Assembly (NCBI GenBank): GCA_021826725.1
Contig: JAKAYQ010000001.1
Span: 1 to 61,969 of the forward strand
Length of the DNA: 61,969 nt
Direction: 5' to 3'
Source: Actinomycetes bacterium
GTDB taxonomy: Bacteria > Actinomycetota > Acidimicrobiia > Acidimicrobiales > UBA8190
Numbering within the stretch: position 1 is the stretch's first letter; every line of letters starts with the position of its first letter. Of the stretch, positions 33,757 to 41,713 are shown one piece after another. The notes below the pieces were generated by a model. It did not search any database. It saw only the letters and a list, made by a program, of their open reading frames with translations, and was not told the DNA's origin. The position numbers and the translations under genes were made by a program.

Positions 33757-35190
33757 TCACGGCATGTCGGGGAGCGCCGCCCAGCCGTCCCAGCCGTCGT
33801 CGAGCACGCTGAGCCGGCCGTACCCGGACCGTTCCAGGAGGCTCGCGCCCAGGGTGGCCCGGTAGTCGTGCCCGCAGTGCACCGCCAACGGCACCTCGTG
33901 CGGCAGCGTCAGGACCGCCTGGGGGATGGCGTGGGCGGGGAGGTTGACGCTGCCCGGCACGTGCCCGGCGTGCCACTCGGCGGCCTCGCGGACGTCGACG
34001 ACGGCGAGGACCTCGCCGGCGTCGAGGCGCTTGGCCAGGGTGGCTGCTGAGATGGTCTCGTAGGCGACGAGCGGACGCCCGGCTGCTGCCCAGGCGTCGA
34101 GGCCGGCCAGGACGCCTGTGATCCGGTCGTAGCCGATGCGCGCCAGCTGGCGGACCGCCTCTTCGACCTGTTCGGCGCCTCCGGACCCGGCGTCGGCCAC
34201 GAGGACGAGGGGCCGTTCGGGGCCGGTCAGCCAGCCGACCCAGCCTGACAGGTTGCCGTCTGCTCCGACGGCGACGCTCGCCGGCAGGTGCCCGGCCCGG
34301 AAGGCGGCAGCCGGGCGCACGTCGAGCACCAGCGCGCCCTGTGCCGCCCAGACGTCGAGCTCTTCGATCGAGAGTGCCGGCGGGCGGGAAGGCTCGAGAC
34401 CGAGCAGCGCGACGCCTGCCTGGTTGAGGCTGCGCATCCGGGCGTAGTAGTCGGGGTACGGACCCGCGGTCAGGGCCCGGGCGGCGAACTGGCGCGACGT
34501 GGCGGCGGTGGCGAGCGGGTTGGCCCGGCGCTCGGCGCCGATGGTGGTGGAGACGGCATCTCCGGCCCCGGCCCCGCAGAACGAGCCACTGCCATGGGTC
34601 GGGTAGATGGCCACGTCATCGGGCAGCGCCAGGATCTTGTCCTTGAGCGAGCGCTGCAGGTCCTGCGCGAACCGCCACGACAGCGCTGGGCCGAACAGGT
34701 CGGTGCGCGCTGCGGTGCCGACCATGAGCGCACCACCGGAGAACAGCGCCGTGGCCTTGCCGGCCGGGTCGACGAGCAGGTAGGCGACGTGCTCGGGGGT
34801 GTGCCCGGGGGTGGCGAGCACCCGCAGCCGCCAGGCGCCGAGCTCCAGCTCGTCGCCGTCGCCCAACCGCTCGTAGGGATAGCGCAGGCCGGCGTGGCCG
34901 CTCGCGCCCAGGCGGGCTCCAGCGGCTCCCACGAGCTCCCGGGCGCCGGAGACGAAGTCGTTGTGCACGTGGGTCTCGAGCGCCCATGCCAGCCGGACGG
35001 GTCTACCGGGCGTCGAGTCGAGCGCGTCCAGGTAGGGGGCGACGTCGCGGACCGGGTCGATCACCACCGCGACCCCCTGGTGGCGCTCGATGACGACGTG
35101 CGCAGCGTTGCCGAGCTCCGCGACAGGGAACGAGCGGATCTCGACCGGCCTGGTTGATGTGGGCCGCGCACCGGCGTCGGGACAGGTCAT
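33757..35190 (-). CDS. MBL-fold (persulfide-dioxygenase-like) hydrolase fused to two rhodanese domains
   Basis: THVHNDF and ATPGHTPEH metal motifs. Two rhodanese modules, the second with the active-site loop VHCGHDYR. ATGA overlap with the upstream gene. Confidence 0.75.
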   Translation of the reverse strand: MTCPDAGARPTSTRPVEIRSFPVAELGNAAHVVIERHQGVAVVIDPVRDVAPYLDALDSTPGRPVRLAWALETHVHNDFVSGARELVGAAGARLGASGHAGLRYPYERLGDGDELELGAWRLRVLATPGHTPEHVAYLLVDPAGKATALFSGGALMVGTAARTDLFGPALSWRFAQDLQRSLKDKILALPDDVAIYPTHGSGSFCGAGAGDAVSTTIGAERRANPLATAATSRQFAARALTAGPYPDYYARMRSLNQAGVALLGLEPSRPPALSIEELDVWAAQGALVLDVRPAAAFRAGHLPASVAVGADGNLSGWVGWLTGPERPLVLVADAGSGGAEQVEEAVRQLARIGYDRITGVLAGLDAWAAAGRPLVAYETISAATLAKRLDAGEVLAVVDVREAAEWHAGHVPGSVNLPAHAIPQAVLTLPHEVPLAVHCGHDYRATLGASLLERSGYGRLSVLDDGWDGWAALPDMP

Positions 35191-35975
35191 GCCGTGCTCC
35201 CGGCGCGCGCACAGCCCTGCCCCCGGTGGCGTTGCGGTCCGTCGCCGCCGCCCGGCTCTGCGCCTGCGGCGACCGGCAGCCCTGCCCGTCGCCACTCGGG
35301 GAACCCGTCGGCGAGGCGTGCGGCCCGGACCCCCGCGGCGCGAAGCGCCCGCACCGCGGCCGGCGCGAACACGCAGTACCGCCCCCGGCAGTAGGCGACA
35401 ACCTCGATGTCTCGGGGAAGTGCCCGAAGGGCGGTATCGAGGTCGCCGAGAGGCACCGAGCACGCGCCAGGGATGTGCCCAGCCCGGTACTCGACCTCTG
35501 GCCGCACGTCCCAGACGACCACCCCCCCCTGCGCCATGCGCGCCACCAGCCCCTCTCGGTCCACCACATCCGCTTCCTCGAGCGAGCCGAGGTAGCCGGC
35601 CGCCACCCGCCCCAGGTCGTCGCGCACCACCTCTGCCGCACCCCGGAGCGCCTCACAGAGGGTCTCCACCGCCGGGCTGGACAGCCGGTAGTAGACACGG
35701 GTCCCCTCCCGCTGCGAGCGCACCACCCCGGCACGAGCCAGCGCCCGCAGGTGGTGCGATGCGTTCGCCACGCTCTGGCCGGTCTCTCCCGCCACCTCTT
35801 CCACCGACCGCTCGCCCTGGGCGAGGAGGTCCACCATCTCGAGGCGCCGGCCCGAGCTCAGCGCGCCGGCCACCTCGGCCAGGACGTCGAAGAGGGCAGC
35901 CTTGGCCGCCCGGGACCCGGCGACCGACGGGCCGTCCTTGGCCGGGACGGTCTGCTCAAGTATTCGCATCATCAT
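35187..35975 (-). CDS. ArsR-family HTH regulator fused to a rhodanese domain
   Basis: ...RLEMVDLLAQGERSVEEVAGETGQSVANASHHLRALARAGVV... followed by a rhodanese module with AYCRGRYC. Three consecutive ATG codons (35975/35972/35969) after a GGAG. Confidence 0.75.
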   Translation of the reverse strand: MMMRILEQTVPAKDGPSVAGSRAAKAALFDVLAEVAGALSSGRRLEMVDLLAQGERSVEEVAGETGQSVANASHHLRALARAGVVRSQREGTRVYYRLSSPAVETLCEALRGAAEVVRDDLGRVAAGYLGSLEEADVVDREGLVARMAQGGVVVWDVRPEVEYRAGHIPGACSVPLGDLDTALRALPRDIEVVAYCRGRYCVFAPAAVRALRAAGVRAARLADGFPEWRRAGLPVAAGAEPGGGDGPQRHRGQGCARAGSTA

Positions 35976-35986
35976 TTGATAATACT
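35959..35986. promoter_or_regulatory. AT-rich nested inverted repeats over the arsR-rhodanese start (candidate ArsR operator)
   Basis: AGTATT(35959-64)...AATACT(35981-86) with the inner palindrome ATCA-TT-TGAT (35971-80). A local AT-rich island in a 72% GC background. Confidence 0.45.
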
Positions 35987-36033
35987 CCACCGGGGCAGCT
36001 GGAGGACCACCGCCAGCCCACATCCCCACCGGG

Positions 36034-36073
36034 AGCGCTGCTCTCATCAGCGCTGCTCTCATCAGCGCTGCTC
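36034..36073. repeat. 2.7 tandem copies of the 15-mer AGCGCTGCTCTCATC
   Basis: Lies between 35975 and 36269 in intergenic DNA. Each unit contains the palindrome CAGCGCTG. Confidence 0.7.
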
Positions 36074-36268
36074 GGCCATCGCCGGACGCGCCCGGCGCGA
36101 ACGTCGCACCGAGCACGCTTGGCCAGGCAGGGCAGTCGGGAGAGCCCGAAACGTCGGTGCTCACGGGCACGCTCGGTCGATGCCTGCACAGACGCCGGTC
36201 GGATGGGGGTGCGAGGCGTGATGGGCCGGTGGCTGATCACCACCGGGGGCAAGGACGGCAGCGGCGGG

Positions 36269-37285
36269 TCAGCTGAGCGACGGCGCTGGGTCGCGCGGGT
36301 CCGCGCCGTCGTCCAGCGCGGCGCCAGCAGAAGGGTAGAGGCTGAGCGCGAGCAGGACGTAGAGCGGGCCCGCATTGGGGTCGGTGGCCCCGCCGGCGAG
36401 GATCCCGCCGAAGTTCTGGCCGATGACCCAGAACACCCCGGACAACGCGATGGCGACCCACAGAACCTCTTTCACCTGGTGGCCTCGCAGCACCAGGACG
36501 CCGATCAAGACCTCGAGGAGGGCGAGGAGGAGGGCGAGGGGGTTGCCGACCGACCTGGTGGCCGTCGTCGCCAGCTTGTCCAGGTGGACCAGCCAGCCCG
36601 GCTCGCCCGGCTCGTTCATGGCGATGACGGAGGTCATGACCGCTTTGGGCGGAAACTGGCCGAACCCTGCACCGACCTGCTCGACGCCCGCCCCGAACCA
36701 CAGCAGCGCCCACAGGGTCCGGGAGCGTGCACCGAGGAGTCCGGCGTCGGCGACGGCGCAACGCTCGGGGCGTCCGGTAGGCCACAAGATGAGGCCGAGC
36801 AGGCCGTAGAGGAGCACCGCGCCGGGGAAGCCGGCGAGCGGGGAGCCCATGACGGGGGTGAGGAGGCCGCCGAGGCCTTCGCCGATGACCCACACGCCGA
36901 GCGCCCAGGCGAACGACGCCGCCAGCGCCGCCTTGACCGTGCGCCGCCAGAGGAACCCGGCGCCGATCGCCAGCTGGGTGGTGGCGAACAGCGCGTTCCA
37001 TGCGGCCGCATGGGGCAGGAGGAAGTTCGTGACACCCTCGATGATGTCGGCGACGACGTGGGGTTGGAGCATGGCGTTCATGGCCAAGAAGTTGGCGACG
37101 AAGCGGCGCGAGAACATGTAGGGCTGGAACTGCAGGCCGGCGTCGAGCAGCCACATGAGCCCGAGAGCCACCTGGAGCCGGCGCTGGGTGAGCACCCGTG
37201 GCCGTCCAGCTGTTCGTCGGCATTGCTCGTCGCCCGCTCGTTGCCCACCGTGGCGGGCCCGCTGGCCCGTGGCAGACCGAGACAT
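36269..37285 (-). CDS. polytopic membrane protein, function unknown
   Basis: About 8 hydrophobic segments. Good GC3. Last gene of the 40772->36269 co-directional block. Confidence 0.6.
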   Translation of the reverse strand: MSRSATGQRARHGGQRAGDEQCRRTAGRPRVLTQRRLQVALGLMWLLDAGLQFQPYMFSRRFVANFLAMNAMLQPHVVADIIEGVTNFLLPHAAAWNALFATTQLAIGAGFLWRRTVKAALAASFAWALGVWVIGEGLGGLLTPVMGSPLAGFPGAVLLYGLLGLILWPTGRPERCAVADAGLLGARSRTLWALLWFGAGVEQVGAGFGQFPPKAVMTSVIAMNEPGEPGWLVHLDKLATTATRSVGNPLALLLALLEVLIGVLVLRGHQVKEVLWVAIALSGVFWVIGQNFGGILAGGATDPNAGPLYVLLALSLYPSAGAALDDGADPRDPAPSLS

Positions 37286-37304
37286 CCCAGCCCGGTCCGC
37301 ACCG

Positions 37305-38003
37305 CTACGTGACGGCTTGGGGCTCGGGCCCTGCCTGCTCGGGGCGGGCCACGATCTCGACGAAGGGACGGATGATCGCCGGCACCCGGGGCGGATCGAA
37401 GCGCTCGGTGTGCTCGAGGCGGAACCCGGCTCGCACGATGGCGGCTTGCGTGTTCCGGTTGGGGTGGCATCCGGCCCCGACTCTGCGCCACAGCGGGGTC
37501 ACCGCGTCCTGCCAGCGCGCCCGGCGACCCTGGCCGCGAACGTGCTCGAGCGCGAGCAGCCGGCCGCCGGGACGGAGCACCCGGCGCATCTCGGTGAGCG
37601 CGGCGTCGGGATCGGCCACCGAGCAGAGCACCAGGGTGGACACGACGGTGTCGAAGCTGGCGTCGGGGAACCCGAGGCGCTCGGCGGGGGCGTCGGACAC
37701 CTCGACCGGGACGGTGGCGCCAGCGAGGTGGCGTGCCAGGCGGGCTCGCATCGCCGGGTCGGGCTCGGCGGCCACGACCCGGGTGACACTGCGGTAGTGG
37801 CCGAGGTTCGCCCCGGTCCCCGCCCCGATCTCGAGCACGTCGCCGCCCGCTTGGGCGACCAGGCCGGCGCGGCGGCTCCCGAGCCAGGTGCGCTCGGCCT
37901 GGGCGTTCAGCCGGTCGTAGACGGCGGCGAAGAGGCGGTGCCCCTTGGCGCTCACCGCCGCTGCCCGCTCGCCGAGGGGGCCATCGTCACAGCCCGCGCC
38001 CAT
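37305..38003 (-). CDS. class I SAM-dependent methyltransferase
   Basis: VLEIGAGTGAN (motif I), ...FDTVVSTLVLCSV... and ...LRPGGRLLALEH... Confidence 0.75.
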   Translation of the reverse strand: MGAGCDDGPLGERAAAVSAKGHRLFAAVYDRLNAQAERTWLGSRRAGLVAQAGGDVLEIGAGTGANLGHYRSVTRVVAAEPDPAMRARLARHLAGATVPVEVSDAPAERLGFPDASFDTVVSTLVLCSVADPDAALTEMRRVLRPGGRLLALEHVRGQGRRARWQDAVTPLWRRVGAGCHPNRNTQAAIVRAGFRLEHTERFDPPRVPAIIRPFVEIVARPEQAGPEPQAVT

Positions 38004-38027
38004 CTGCAGTCGTTGCCGGGGTCGGGC

Positions 38028-38675
38028 TCACCAGCCTTGCGCCTTGGCCTTGGCGATCTGTCGGTCGAGGCCGGCGGCGGTGACCGGTCCGATGATCTTC
38101 TCGAAGATCACGCCGTTCGGCGCGACGAGGTACTTCTCGGGGGGGTTGTCGACCCCGTAGTCGAGGGCGATGCGCCCCCCCGGGTCGGCGACGACCGGGT
38201 AGCGGCCGAGCTCGGGGCCGAGGAAGCCGCGGATGTTGGCGACGGTGTCCTCGAAGATCACCCCGACCAGCCTGGCCCCGCCGGGGTGGTTGTGCTCGGC
38301 GACGAACCTCGCCAGCTGGGGGGCCTCCTGGCGGCAGGCGACGCACCAACTGGAGAAGAAGTCCACGACCACGAAGTGTCCCGCCAGGCCCGAGAGCGAG
38401 AAGGGCTGGCCGGTGATGGTCGGACCGGGGATCGGCGGCGCCGGCTGGCCGACGAGGGGGCTCTGGGCTTCGACCTGGGTAGCCGGCGGCGCCGACGCGA
38501 GGACCGCCACCACCGCTACGGCCAGGGCCAGGGCAGCGAGCGCCGCCCACGCGACGTGACGGCGACGGCGCCTGGCGACACGGGGACGCCCCGGCGGCAA
38601 CGGTGGTGGCGGTGCCGGCGTGCCGGCGGGGCTTTCGCCGGCCGTGTCGGACCTCGTGGCGGACACGACGCGCAC
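38028..38675 (-). CDS. membrane-anchored TlpA/ResA-like thiol-disulfide oxidoreductase
   Basis: TM anchor, then ...VVVDFFSSWCVACRQEAP... (WCxxC). GTG start 2 nt after the upstream stop. Confidence 0.8.
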   Translation of the reverse strand: MRVVSATRSDTAGESPAGTPAPPPPLPPGRPRVARRRRRHVAWAALAALALAVAVVAVLASAPPATQVEAQSPLVGQPAPPIPGPTITGQPFSLSGLAGHFVVVDFFSSWCVACRQEAPQLARFVAEHNHPGGARLVGVIFEDTVANIRGFLGPELGRYPVVADPGGRIALDYGVDNPPEKYLVAPNGVIFEKIIGPVTAAGLDRQIAKAKAQGW

Positions 38676-38677
38676 CT

Positions 38678-38950
38678 TCAGCTGGCCCGCGGGGCGTCTC
38701 GGGCGGCGAGCTCGCGGCGGAGCTTGCGTTCGGACAGCCGGCCGTAGGAGAAGGCCTCGCCGTCGATCAGCACGCCGGGAGGGAACGCGACGCGGTGACG
38801 CACCATGAGATCTCGGCCCGCCTCGGTCGCGGTCGAGCACTCTGCGACCTCGAGGGCGTACTCCTCGCCGACCCGGGCGAGGACCGCCTTGGCGTGCTCG
38901 CACAGCTCGCAGTCCGGCGCGCTCAATAGCGTGACTCGTAGCGCTGTCAC
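38678..38950 (-). CDS. glutaredoxin-like small protein (90 aa)
   Basis: VTLLSAPDCELCEHAK (CxxC near the N-terminus). GTGA overlap with the upstream stop. Confidence 0.65.
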   Translation of the reverse strand: MTALRVTLLSAPDCELCEHAKAVLARVGEEYALEVAECSTATEAGRDLMVRHRVAFPPGVLIDGEAFSYGRLSERKLRRELAARDAPRAS

Positions 38951-39690
38951 GACGCTTGGTGCGCGGCCATGCCGGCGTGTAGCTGGGCGAGCAGGGTGGG
39001 GACCGGGACGTCCATCGTGTAGTTGGGCGCACCGCCGTAGTCGGCGCGCCACTCGATCCGCCCGGTCGGGCCGACCACGATGAAGGAGTGGCCGTCCATG
39101 CTCGTCCCCATCATCCCGTAGGCGTTGGCGTCATAGGCGTGGGAGACGGCCAGGTTCGGGTCGGAGAGCACGGGGATGGTCGTCCCGTAGGTGCCGGCCG
39201 CCTGGCGGAGCGCCCCGAGCGGGTCGGTGGTGATGCTCACCACCTCGTCGATGCCCGCTCGACGGAAACCGGCCATGTCACGCTCGATCGCCTGGAGCTG
39301 GGTCCAGCACGGCTGGCAGTCGGTGCCCTCCTGGAAGTAGAGCAGGACCGTCTTGCCCCGCTGGGCGGCGAGGTCGAAGGTGCCGCCCATGTTCGACGCC
39401 AAGGTGAAGTTCGGGGCGGCCGCCCCGGGGCCGGGCTGGCCGACCTTATAGGTGTAGGAGCCCGAGCCGCCGTGGCCCCCGGTGAGGAAGACGCCGAGCA
39501 GCACCGCCACCGCGGCGGCCGCACCGAGCCCGGTCCGGATCCACACCTTGCGGTGCCGCGCCCGCCTGGCCTGCTCGGCGCGCTGGATCCGTCTCGCCGC
39601 CCCGCCGCCCGCGGGTGGTCCGCCCTGGCGGCCCGGGCGGGGCTGTGGTGCCGGTCGCCGACGGCCGCCGGTCGTGCTCCGTGAAGGCAT
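38947..39690 (-). CDS. membrane-anchored redoxin/AhpC-TSA-like protein
   Basis: TM anchor. ...KTVLLYFQEGTDCQPCWTQL... (CxxC). Confidence 0.7.
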   Translation of the reverse strand: MPSRSTTGGRRRPAPQPRPGRQGGPPAGGGAARRIQRAEQARRARHRKVWIRTGLGAAAAVAVLLGVFLTGGHGGSGSYTYKVGQPGPGAAAPNFTLASNMGGTFDLAAQRGKTVLLYFQEGTDCQPCWTQLQAIERDMAGFRRAGIDEVVSITTDPLGALRQAAGTYGTTIPVLSDPNLAVSHAYDANAYGMMGTSMDGHSFIVVGPTGRIEWRADYGGAPNYTMDVPVPTLLAQLHAGMAAHQAS

Positions 39691-39710
39691 CTTGCAGATC
39701 CTCTCTTCTT

Positions 39711-40772
39711 CTATCCGGCCGGCGCCCGGTCCGCTTCGATCTCGACGTCTACCGCCGCCAGCGCGGAGGCTGTCGGTGCGTCGCCGGTGCAGCACGAGGA
39801 GGCGAGCTCGTCGGAGGTGCCGTCCTCGCCGGGCTCCCCGCCGTCTGCATCGCCCGCTCGGTCGGCGACCTGGCGCACGGCCAAGACGACGAGGGCGCCG
39901 AGGGCGACAAAGACGCCGAGGGCGGTCACCCAGCCCGGGAGGTGCCCGAGCCAGGTGGTGACCACGTGGGCGTAGTGCTGCGCGTCGCCCGACATCGTGG
40001 CCTGCCAGCCGCTAGTCGCCATGTCGGGCCCGGTCACGGCCAGCACGCCCACCACCGCGCCCATGACGACGAGGAGCAGCCCGCCGGCGAAGCTCGCCAG
40101 CGGCACGGCCCGCACCCGGGTGCCGAGACGTAGCCGCACGCTGCGCCCGGCCAACAGGCGGCTGGCACCGATCTGTCGGCCGTCCCAGACGAGCGCGACG
40201 ACGAACAGCGGCGCCACCATGCCAAAGACGTAGGCCACCCCCACCACCAGCGCGGTGAGAAAGCTCGCCGCCGCGCCCGACAGGGCGACGACCCCGGCGA
40301 GCACCGGGGCACAACAGGCGGTCGCTACCCCCGAGAACGCGCCGAGCACGAACACCGACCCCGGGCCGCTCCCGCCCCCTCGGGCCCGGACGCCGAGCAT
40401 CGGGATGGGGATCCGGAACCCCGCCGCCATGGCGAGGCCCATGGCCACCATGGCCACGGCCATCACCGAGTAGACGGCGGTGTGCTCACCGTTGATGAGC
40501 CGGCTGAGCGCGGTGGCCCCGAAGGCGATCGGCAGGATCACCGCCGCCACCCCGGCCGCGAACACGAAGGTCATGGCGATGAGTCCCCGCCGGCGGTGCA
40601 CGCCCGTGGCGAGGTAGGCGGGCAGCATGACCGACACGCAGCACGGCGCGAACAGCGCCACCACCCCGGCCAAGAAGGCGGCGACGACCGTGGTGCCGAC
40701 GAGGAGGTGGCTCGCGCCGCCGAGCGACGCCGCGGCGAGCAGCGGGGCAGCGATGGTCGCGTGGCTGGGCAT
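39711..40772 (-). CDS. CcdA/DsbD-like transmembrane thiol-disulfide transporter (long form, two CC motifs)
   Basis: ...ALFAPCCVSVMLPAY... and ...GVATACCAPVLAG... within hydrophobic helices. Acidic Cys-containing tail (SSCCTGD). Confidence 0.65.
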   Translation of the reverse strand: MPSHATIAAPLLAAASLGGASHLLVGTTVVAAFLAGVVALFAPCCVSVMLPAYLATGVHRRRGLIAMTFVFAAGVAAVILPIAFGATALSRLINGEHTAVYSVMAVAMVAMGLAMAAGFRIPIPMLGVRARGGGSGPGSVFVLGAFSGVATACCAPVLAGVVALSGAAASFLTALVVGVAYVFGMVAPLFVVALVWDGRQIGASRLLAGRSVRLRLGTRVRAVPLASFAGGLLLVVMGAVVGVLAVTGPDMATSGWQATMSGDAQHYAHVVTTWLGHLPGWVTALGVFVALGALVVLAVRQVADRAGDADGGEPGEDGTSDELASSCCTGDAPTASALAAVDVEIEADRAPAG

Positions 40773-40805
40773 GTGCGTACAGGATCCTCCGTGCGGGCGA
40801 TGAGC

Positions 40806-40822
40806 TACGATGAACTGTAGTA
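40806..40822. promoter_or_regulatory. dyad TACGAT-GAACT-GTAGTA (candidate BlaI-family operator, site 2 of 6)
   Basis: 34-50 nt upstream of the 40772 start, followed by the palindrome GTAGCTAC. Confidence 0.5.
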
Positions 40823-40895
40823 GCTACTTGGTGCGGGCGTCGAGCCGCCCGCCGGTCATCGCCGCGTCGCGCACCTGTGCGTGGCGCGCCAGACC

Positions 40896-41624
40896 TCAGA
40901 CCGGTGGCCAGCCGAAGCGGGCGAACTCCCGCTGGAGGGGCACGAAGAACGAGCGCCAGGCACCGGTGACGAACAGCACGCCGACCCCGACGAGCAGCAG
41001 GCCGCCGGCGACCTCGATGGCCCGCCCGTGGCGGCGGAGCCAGGCGAGGGATCCCTTGGCCCGGTTGAGCCCGAGCGCCAGGGCGACGAAGGGCAGGCCG
41101 AGGCCGAGGGAGTACAGCGCCAGCAGGAACGCCCCCCACGCCGCGGTGCGGGTGGCCGCAGCGGTGGCCAGGATCGTGGCCAGCACCGGGCCGATGCAGG
41201 GCGTCCAGCCCGCGGCGAAGGCCATCCCCACCCCGAAAGCCGCCCGGGGCCCGCTGGGCAGGCGGTGGAGCGCGAAGCGTCGTTCCCGGTACAGCCAGGG
41301 GACCCGGAGCACGCCGGCCATCGCCAAGCCCATGACGATGATGCCGGCGCCGGCGACCTCGACGATGAGCGGCAGGTTGCGCACCACGAGCGCGCCCAAC
41401 AGGCCGGCGGTCACCCCGAGCGCGGTGAAGACGACCGTGAAGCCGGCGACGAACAGCACGGCGGCTCGAAGGGTCACCGACCGGGCCTCGGCCCGGCCGA
41501 GACCGGAGACCGGCAGGCCCGAGATGTAAGAGACGTAGCCGGGCAAAAGCGGCAGGCAGCACGGCGAGGTGAACGAGATGATCCCGGCGACGAGGGCGAA
41601 GAGCGGCAGCAGCAGCGGGGCCAT
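40896..41624 (-). CDS. ccdA: cytochrome c biogenesis-type thiol-disulfide transporter CcdA
   Basis: ...SFTSPCCLPLLPGYVSY... and ...AAGWTPCIGPVLA... canonical CcdA motifs. 6 TM segments. Confidence 0.85.
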   Translation of the reverse strand: MAPLLLPLFALVAGIISFTSPCCLPLLPGYVSYISGLPVSGLGRAEARSVTLRAAVLFVAGFTVVFTALGVTAGLLGALVVRNLPLIVEVAGAGIIVMGLAMAGVLRVPWLYRERRFALHRLPSGPRAAFGVGMAFAAGWTPCIGPVLATILATAAATRTAAWGAFLLALYSLGLGLPFVALALGLNRAKGSLAWLRRHGRAIEVAGGLLLVGVGVLFVTGAWRSFFVPLQREFARFGWPPV

Positions 41625-41625
41625 C

Positions 41626-41642
41626 TACGACAGACCGTAGTG
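41626..41642. promoter_or_regulatory. dyad TACGAC-AGACC-GTAGTG (candidate BlaI-family operator, site 3 of 6)
   Basis: Begins 2 nt from the ccdA ATG (41624). No SD between the dyad and the start. Confidence 0.5.
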
Positions 41643-41713
41643 GTCACTTACGGCGCTCCGCCAGGTGGTCTTCCCACCGCAGGTGAGGGCCACGGGCGCC
41701 CCGCCCCAGGTGC

